This document shows, in pieces, positions 58,390-64,000 of a stretch of 64,000 nt of DNA (positions are counted from its first letter, which is position 1; every line of letters starts with the position of its first letter). The DNA is taken from the IMG/VR virus record IMGVR_UViG_3300033553_000790, one strand, 5' to 3'. The notes under the pieces were generated by a model. The model saw only the letters and a program-made list of their open reading frames with translations. It had not been told where the DNA came from and ran no database searches. This stretch comes from an uncultured virus (IMG/VR IMGVR_UViG_3300033553_000790) (lineage: Duplodnaviria; Heunggongvirae; Uroviricota; Caudoviricetes). The translations under genes were made by a program, and so were the position numbers.

Positions 58390-58935
58390 ATGAATATAAT
58401 AGTTGCGGGCCCTCCTGGGGTGGGCAAAGGAACTCAAGCTAAAATATTATCTGAGAAGTTCAACCTTCTTCATATATCCACTGGTGATGCTCTTCGTGAA
58501 GAGATGACTTTAGGTACCCCTCTCGGAGTTTCAATTACGGATCTCATGAACAAAGGTCAGTACGCTTCAGATAACATAACGAACGAAATTGTTAAGAAAA
58601 AGTTATCTCAAGCTAACAGTTATTCTGGATATATATTAGATGGCTACCCTAGAACTAGCGCTCAGACAAGTTATCTGAACTCAATTACTAAGGTTGACTA
58701 TGTGTTACTTTTCGAAGCTTCAGACTCTACAGTAACTAAACGTGTCATCGGCCGAGCAGCAACCGATAAAAGAGGGGATTCTTCTGCTGATGTTATCCAA
58801 AATAGGATTAGAACATATTATGACACTGTACCGGCAGCACTACGGGCATATGAGAAACTAGGTATAGTACATGTTATATCTGCTGAAGGAAATATAGCAT
58901 CAATCAATAAAGACGTTATAGATATTTTAAGGTAG
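58390..58935 (+). CDS. adk: adenylate kinase (short LID)
   Basis: GPPGVGKGTQA, HISTGD.LR, GYILDGYPR..Q, R.D. Confidence 0.93.
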   Translation: MNIIVAGPPGVGKGTQAKILSEKFNLLHISTGDALREEMTLGTPLGVSITDLMNKGQYASDNITNEIVKKKLSQANSYSGYILDGYPRTSAQTSYLNSITKVDYVLLFEASDSTVTKRVIGRAATDKRGDSSADVIQNRIRTYYDTVPAALRAYEKLGIVHVISAEGNIASINKDVIDILR

Positions 58936-58942
58936 ACAATAT

Positions 58943-59317
58943 ATGATCAACCCTCTTCTCATCAGTGAGCTTCTAGATAACATAGACAGGTTACAGAAAA
59001 ACTGTATCCAGTGTTTGAAAATTGACCTTAAGTTACATTATAAAGAAAACAGGGAGAATAATAGAACAACCATCGCGGCTAACAAACTAGTTGACGCTGG
59101 GGTTTCTCTAGAATACTCAACTGTTTTTGTAACTAGGAATAATGCGCCCCGAGTCAAAAATTTTGAAGACTTATGTTTCCGTAATTATGAGAAGTTAACA
59201 GCACTGACGAATGAAATAAGCGACCACATAAACAATAATACAGAGACATTAAGCGACGACCAAGCTATGGTCGCTTTAGAGCACATAAAAGATGGACTTA
59301 AAACTTTACAAGATTAA
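58943..59317 (+). CDS. hypothetical protein
   Basis: Follows adk. Confidence 0.55.
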   Translation: MINPLLISELLDNIDRLQKNCIQCLKIDLKLHYKENRENNRTTIAANKLVDAGVSLEYSTVFVTRNNAPRVKNFEDLCFRNYEKLTALTNEISDHINNNTETLSDDQAMVALEHIKDGLKTLQD

Positions 59318-59333
59318 AAAGTTGTGCTATGAT
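59305..59333 (+). promoter_or_regulatory. sigmaA-type promoter
   Basis: TTTACA(59305-10)-N17-TATGAT(59328-33) with TG extension. Confidence 0.65.
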
Positions 59334-59339
59334 ACGAAT

Positions 59340-59407
59340 CTACATTAACTTGTGGTGGTAGCGGGGCCCAACCCATAAGAAGCCAACTCTTCGGAGTTGG
59401 CTTCTTT
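59340..59407 (+). ncRNA. candidate ~68-nt small RNA
   Basis: Promoter immediately upstream, terminator hairpin at 3' end. Confidence 0.4.
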
Positions 59408-59410
59408 ATT
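59377..59410. terminator. intrinsic terminator, 13-bp stem with cUUCGg loop
   Basis: AAGAAGCCAACTC-TTCG-GAGTTGGCTTCTT between convergent genes. Confidence 0.85.
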
Positions 59411-59412
59411 TG

Positions 59413-60258
59413 TCACATCAATAAGCTACGTCGGGAGACAGCATCTAAAGTAGTGGCGGAAGGTAAATAAGATGGCGATGCTTCTTCAAAGCCGCTCTGT
59501 ATTGTGTCGCACACCTCATCGACAGAACAGTTATACCAGGCTGAACACCATGCGGGGTTTGTTTCTAAAACACATAGGGACCCTCCGTGGAGCATAGCTA
59601 TGTCAACAACCCCAGCAGGTAAAATGTCTGTTACGCGATCTATGAAGACATGGGCGAAGCTCTTCACTCGCTCCAGCTCATTATTGCCTGCGGTCGCGCC
59701 ATCATAAACGGTTTTTCCCATAGGGTTTTTTGTCTCTTGGAAATCTATGTAAGGGCTAACTGTTCGAGGTTCACCATCATAAAAGAAAACCCTGTACTCT
59801 TTCGCAATTGACAGGTACTCTGGCGTGAAAAGGAGTAACTCATCAGGGTTCACTTTAGCATCAGCGATATCTTTTTTCACTTCCGCTGGGTTTCGCCACT
59901 TAGCGGGGAACTTATCTATTTTAGCTTCTAGAGGCTTCCAGAATCCCTCTTCTTCGATTTTGTCTATTTCAGAAGCCTTGAAGATTGTAAAGTCCCTATA
60001 AAATAATGCGTTCGCGGAAGATTCACTTCGAATTATTTGTTCCATGCCTGAACCAAAAAGTTTTATAGGGTCACGACCTTTTGACATGAGGGAAAAATTC
60101 AAATGAATCATGTATTCCTGCGGAGCCCACCATATGTCATTGTAACTGAAATCGGGTATGTCAAAACCCAAACTGTGGGATACTTTCCTGTTAGCTTTCG
60201 AAAGTTCCTCCACCATCCAGTTAGGGCGGCATATCAGGTTGAGGGGTTTTTTGGTCAT
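59413..60258 (-). CDS. ATP-grasp domain protein (R2K-like)
   Basis: FWKP...K...F, EYRVFF.DG, GVVDIA, VLETNPAW.S..Y. Confidence 0.78.
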   Translation of the reverse strand: MTKKPLNLICRPNWMVEELSKANRKVSHSLGFDIPDFSYNDIWWAPQEYMIHLNFSLMSKGRDPIKLFGSGMEQIIRSESSANALFYRDFTIFKASEIDKIEEEGFWKPLEAKIDKFPAKWRNPAEVKKDIADAKVNPDELLLFTPEYLSIAKEYRVFFYDGEPRTVSPYIDFQETKNPMGKTVYDGATAGNNELERVKSFAHVFIDRVTDILPAGVVDIAMLHGGSLCVLETNPAWCSAWYNCSVDEVCDTIQSGFEEASPSYLPSATTLDAVSRRSLLM

Positions 60259-60323
60259 AACTAAATATTATATCATAACCGTTAGATCATGAAATATTAT
60301 TAGAATAAATAAAGGAAAATATT

Positions 60324-60521
60324 ATGAAAATCAAAGTTAACAAATGGGATTTAGAGACCGAAGACGCTAACGGCGACCGCGTTACTTTATCCCCTGAAGA
60401 GGCGGGCGTGAAGAACGGCGACATATTCGAAGTTGATGCGGAAGAACTCGAAGAGGCCATCAACGAGGTGAGCGACAGGTCGGGTTGGCTTATACTGGAA
60501 GTCGAAGTATATGACGACTAA
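60324..60521 (+). CDS. acidic hypothetical protein
   Basis: AAGGA RBS; CGTTAG at 60280. Confidence 0.6.
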   Translation: MKIKVNKWDLETEDANGDRVTLSPEEAGVKNGDIFEVDAEELEEAINEVSDRSGWLILEVEVYDD

Positions 60522-60659
60522 ACGAATGAGTAGGTAAACACCCTATTTCGAAGGGAATGCCAAAACCTTGCCTATAATACGATAGATAGTCCTCTAAGTT
60601 GTAAAAATAAGGAACGCAATGGCCAATAAATCAGCTACTCAAGACAAGGGAATTCAATC

Positions 60660-60986
60660 ATGGCTAAAGGCAAACAATGGGCATATAAAGATGGTGCTTG
60701 GCGCGACATAAACGCTAACAGAGAACCACGCCCAGGCGAAATCGTTGTTGAAAGAATAGATGAGAGAAGACTAAAAGTTGGCAACAAAGTAGTTGATCTG
60801 CCAACACCTGATTTACCTGATTGGAGTGAAATGGTACATAAGCACTCAATCGTAAAATTTAATGGCAAAGGAGAAAACAGCCAGCTCGCTGAGATAGCTG
60901 TTTTTTATGCTAGGATTGAAGAAGAATATGAGGCTAATAAAGACAATTGGCATCTTGTATACAACCAACAGGAGAGGAAGCCATGA
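60660..60986 (+). CDS. hypothetical protein
   Basis: AAGGGA RBS. Confidence 0.6.
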   Translation: MAKGKQWAYKDGAWRDINANREPRPGEIVVERIDERRLKVGNKVVDLPTPDLPDWSEMVHKHSIVKFNGKGENSQLAEIAVFYARIEEEYEANKDNWHLVYNQQERKP

Positions 60987-61231
60987 CAATGTTCGTATAT
61001 TATTACTTAGAAGATAAAACCGCCTTAGTCACAGACCAGTTGGGGATTTACAAAGTTGATGGCAGGCGCAGCTCGCAAGGCCAAATTGACCAGGCCAAAG
61101 AACTTGGCCAAGGTCTTAAAGGATACTATCATGCTAGATATTTCCGCATGGCAGAAGTCGATGAAGTTAACAAAAGTGGCTCTTGGCCTGTTTCGGAGCC
61201 CCGGTTCGTCACGGATTTCATATCTTTGTAA
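60983..61231 (+). CDS. hypothetical protein
   Basis: ATGA overlap, GAGG RBS. Confidence 0.55.
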   Translation: MTMFVYYYLEDKTALVTDQLGIYKVDGRRSSQGQIDQAKELGQGLKGYYHARYFRMAEVDEVNKSGSWPVSEPRFVTDFISL

Positions 61232-61292
61232 GCTAAAAACGTTAGGCCGATATAATACAACGTAAAGCTACTATTAGTGAGGCCAATTAACA

Positions 61293-62063
61293 GTGTATAA
61301 AAAACTATATCTTGTAGGGGGATTTCCCGGCTCGGGTAAAACTGAGTTCGCTGACAGCTTTGCCCAGAGAAAAGGCATCATGCTTTTAGATAAAGATGTA
61401 ATAACTCGGCACTTAGTCGAAGAGTTATGCACTACCTTATCAGGTAACTGTGACGACAGAGAATCTGATACCTACAGCTCTAAAGTTAGACCTTTAGAGT
61501 ACGAAACTCTTATGGATATAGCGTGGCTCAACTTAAAGAATAACCAAAACGTTGTGTGCGATGCGCCTTTTATAAAAGAATTTCGCGATCAAAATTGGTT
61601 AGATAAACTAAAGACTAAGTGCGCAAAGGAAGATGTTATTCTGAAGCTACTTTGGGTTCAATCAACTCCAGAGATAATGAGGGAAAGGCTCATTGCCCGC
61701 TCCGCAGGGCGCGACAAATGGAAAATAGATAACTGGCAGACCTACCAAAGAGGAGTTAATTTATATTCCATACCTGAAGTAGACTGGGTTATTGACAATT
61801 CTTCTACTACACTCTCTTTACTTGCTCTAGAGGTTGACAGGTTAGTTGGCCTATCCGAATCGTTTGATGAAGTAAAATTACAATACAAAAAGTTTGCTTC
61901 GGATTCCGGGATAGTAGAGGCAAAAATTGGCCCGGAGAACGTCTTCCTCCCATCTGGAGAAACTTTCATCTCTCCGCATTCAGCGCTCACAAGTGTTAAA
62001 ACTCCAGAGGAAGCTAATTTAGAACAATACGCAAATAGGCTGATACAGGAGGAAGGCGAGTGA
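61293..62063 (+). CDS. P-loop kinase (AAA_33-like)
   Basis: GGFPGSGKT, LDKD, DRES..Y, VVCDAPF, R..L..R...RD. Confidence 0.8.
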   Translation: MYKKLYLVGGFPGSGKTEFADSFAQRKGIMLLDKDVITRHLVEELCTTLSGNCDDRESDTYSSKVRPLEYETLMDIAWLNLKNNQNVVCDAPFIKEFRDQNWLDKLKTKCAKEDVILKLLWVQSTPEIMRERLIARSAGRDKWKIDNWQTYQRGVNLYSIPEVDWVIDNSSTTLSLLALEVDRLVGLSESFDEVKLQYKKFASDSGIVEAKIGPENVFLPSGETFISPHSALTSVKTPEEANLEQYANRLIQEEGE

Positions 62064-62656
62064 AATCCCCTGGAATAGTCATATTATATGGACCTCCCAC
62101 CTCGGGGAAAACATCTTTATCTAAGGAACTCAAAAGTAGGTACCCTATGAGCTACAGTATACTCAGGAAATATAAACTGGGGAAAGGTAACTTTGATGAG
62201 TATACTAAGACAAACGCTTTGAGATTCACTATTTTAGAGATGTTGCAATACTTTACGAACGTTACTAAAAGACACGGAAATAAATACGGTGTTGCAAAAA
62301 ATCACATCCGGAAAACTAGGAATCTGCTAATAATATCAACAGCTTCGGATGTAGAGGTGGATAAAATTAAAAGAGCATCTTCGAAGGTTGACCTACCTTG
62401 TGTTATAATAGCCTTAACTGATTCTAAAGAAGTCATGTTACAGAGATTAGAAGATAGGAAATTAACAAAAGCTGATATGGACGACCGGATTAACCTTTGG
62501 TGGTCAACAGGTTACAGTAAAGATATGGGCTTCAGCCCTCACCTTGTAATTGATACAGGGCTGTTATCTTTAGAGCTGACAGTAGACATAGCTGATTTCA
62601 CTGTTAACAAATATGTTATGGATTATTACTCAACGTTAGGGGCCGTCAAGAAATGA
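62060..62656 (+). CDS. guanylate kinase-like P-loop protein
   Basis: GPPTSGKTS, HGNKYGV, QRL..R. Confidence 0.65.
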   Translation: MKSPGIVILYGPPTSGKTSLSKELKSRYPMSYSILRKYKLGKGNFDEYTKTNALRFTILEMLQYFTNVTKRHGNKYGVAKNHIRKTRNLLIISTASDVEVDKIKRASSKVDLPCVIIALTDSKEVMLQRLEDRKLTKADMDDRINLWWSTGYSKDMGFSPHLVIDTGLLSLELTVDIADFTVNKYVMDYYSTLGAVKK

Positions 62657-64000
62657 CAGTTAAAAAAGATGATTTTGTACATTTACACGTTCACACAGAA
62701 TACTCTATGCTTGATGGGCACTCGTTAATAAGTGATTTGGTTAAAGAAGTACATGAGCTTGGTCAAACTGCTGTTGGAATGTCTGATCACGGTAATATGC
62801 ACGGCGTCTATGACCTTTTCAAAAAAGCTAAAGAATTAGATATCACGCCAATTGCCGGTATAGAAGCTTACATGACTCCTGGCTTACAGTCAAGAACCAC
62901 CAGGGAACCCATATTTTTTGGTGAGGGCGGTCAGCAAGAAGAAGGCGGTAACGACGTTTCCGGTAAAGGGGCCTACACCCACTTAACACTTCTCGCTGAA
63001 AGCACTGAGGGGTTACACAACTTATTCGATTTAACTTCAGAATCTTACGCAACTGGTTTCTATAGGAAGCCAAGGATAGACACCGAGCTTTTGTCGGCAC
63101 ACTCTAAAGGCGTTATAGCTACAACTGGTTGCCCTTCAGGGGATTTTCAAACTTACCTTAGGTTAGGCCAAAAAGATAAAGCCCTTGAGTATGCCGCCAC
63201 GATGCGGGAAATTATGGGGAAAGAAAACTATTTCCTTGAGCTCATGGACCATGACATGAAGATAGACCTTGAGCGAAGAGTCAAAGAGGATATGTTCGAA
63301 ATAGGCAAAAAGCTGAACCTTCCTTTACTACTCACGAATGACCTTCATTATGTAAAGCAGGCTGACGCCTCTATGCACGAGGCTCTACTTGCCATACAGA
63401 CAGGCTCTAATATGAATGAGCCGTCTTATGAGAACGGCGGTAAAAGGTTCGCCTTCGAAGGTAACCAATATTATGTCAAGAGTGCAGCTGAAATGGCGAA
63501 ACTCTTCCCTGACCATCCGGAAGCAATGAAGAACACTCTTCTTATCGCTGAACGGGCCCAAGGCGTTAAGTTGGAACCTCGTGAAGATTTGAGACCTTCC
63601 GTTGAGATACCCGCTGGGTACACTCCTGACAGCTGGCTGGAGAAAGAAGCTAACGATGGCTTAATTAATCGTTACGGAAAAGAGAACCTCACTGATGAGC
63701 ATTTCTCTAGAATGAAAACAGAAATTGAAGTTATCACAAATAAGAACTATACTATGTATTTTTTGGTTGTGTCTGACTTCGTTAGATGGGCTAAGAAAAA
63801 CGGGGTTGTGGTCGGCCCTGGACGAGGAAGCGCCGGAGGTAGCTTATTATCTTTCTGTTTAGATATCACTGAGCTTGACCCATTGAGATATAATCTTCTT
63901 TTCGAGAGGTTCCTCAACCCGGAGAGGGATAGCCCGCCTGATATTGATATTGACTTTGATGATAAGCATAGGGAATTAGTTATCCAGTATGTCGTAGAAA
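62653..64000 (+). CDS. dnaE: DNA polymerase III alpha subunit, 3'-truncated (absent from ORF track)
   Basis: MTVKKDDFVHLHVHTEYSMLDG, SDHGNMHG (PHP), GPGRGSAGGS, FERFLNPER..PPDIDIDFDD; ATGA overlap with upstream gene. Confidence 0.96.
   Translation, partial: MTVKKDDFVHLHVHTEYSMLDGHSLISDLVKEVHELGQTAVGMSDHGNMHGVYDLFKKAKELDITPIAGIEAYMTPGLQSRTTREPIFFGEGGQQEEGGNDVSGKGAYTHLTLLAESTEGLHNLFDLTSESYATGFYRKPRIDTELLSAHSKGVIATTGCPSGDFQTYLRLGQKDKALEYAATMREIMGKENYFLELMDHDMKIDLERRVKEDMFEIGKKLNLPLLLTNDLHYVKQADASMHEALLAIQTGSNMNEPSYENGGKRFAFEGNQYYVKSAAEMAKLFPDHPEAMKNTLLIAERAQGVKLEPREDLRPSVEIPAGYTPDSWLEKEANDGLINRYGKENLTDEHFSRMKTEIEVITNKNYTMYFLVVSDFVRWAKKNGVVVGPGRGSAGGSLLSFCLDITELDPLRYNLLFERFLNPERDSPPDIDIDFDDKHRELVIQYVVE

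Larger units (their letters stand above)
235..61245. promoter_or_regulatory. dispersed CG(T/A)TAG upstream motif, probable element-specific promoter
   Basis: 35 exact CGTTAG plus 7 CGATAG copies found by eye 26-77 nt upstream of start codons in the gene's orientation. Confidence 0.8.

Noticed and set aside
1..64000. CRISPR array, tRNAs, IS/transposase, integrase, virion structural genes
   Set aside because: No regularly spaced repeats, cloverleafs or recognisable motifs found by eye.
1..64000. Stop-codon reassignment
   Set aside because: Conserved genes are full length in the standard code and TAA, TAG and TGA are all used as stops.
62653..64000. Intein or intron in dnaE
   Set aside because: The visible part reads continuously through PHP and the start of the polymerase core; the rest lies outside the window.

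Overview
Gene-dense segment (about 115 mostly short CDSs, frequent strand switching, AT-rich, roughly 40% GC by eye) that looks like part of a very large phage or phage-like extrachromosomal element. Its host-like genes point to an actinobacterial host: an LAxTG sortase substrate, an LppM-like lipoprotein, a G5-transglycosylase, NlpC/P60, a ferric reductase plus FMN-binding protein, and an acyl-CoA desaturase. No virion structural genes, tRNAs, CRISPR array or integrase are visible, so phage versus megaplasmid cannot be settled here. Replication genes: DnaG, a stand-alone 5'-3' exonuclease and DnaE (runs off the right edge). Nucleotide/RNA-stress genes: NADAR, Sir2, HIT, MazG, HD hydrolase, CCA-adding enzyme, cyclic-phosphate receiver-like protein, R2K ATP-grasp and three P-loop kinases. 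There are also tandem 2OG-Fe(II) oxygenases and several dispersed paralog families. Strongest unexplained signals: (1) a 741-aa helical+TerD-like protein followed by an ~100-nt stem-closed RNA with its own near-consensus promoter, a candidate Ro/Y-RNA-like ribonucleoprotein; (2) a strand-specific CG(T/A)TAG hexamer upstream of about 40 genes, a probable element-specific promoter; (3) a shared N-terminal MC..G.RC tag on two unrelated proteins; (4) two more candidate ncRNAs; (5) a split extracytosolic flavinylation/electron-transfer module. All family assignments come from motif recognition, not database searches.
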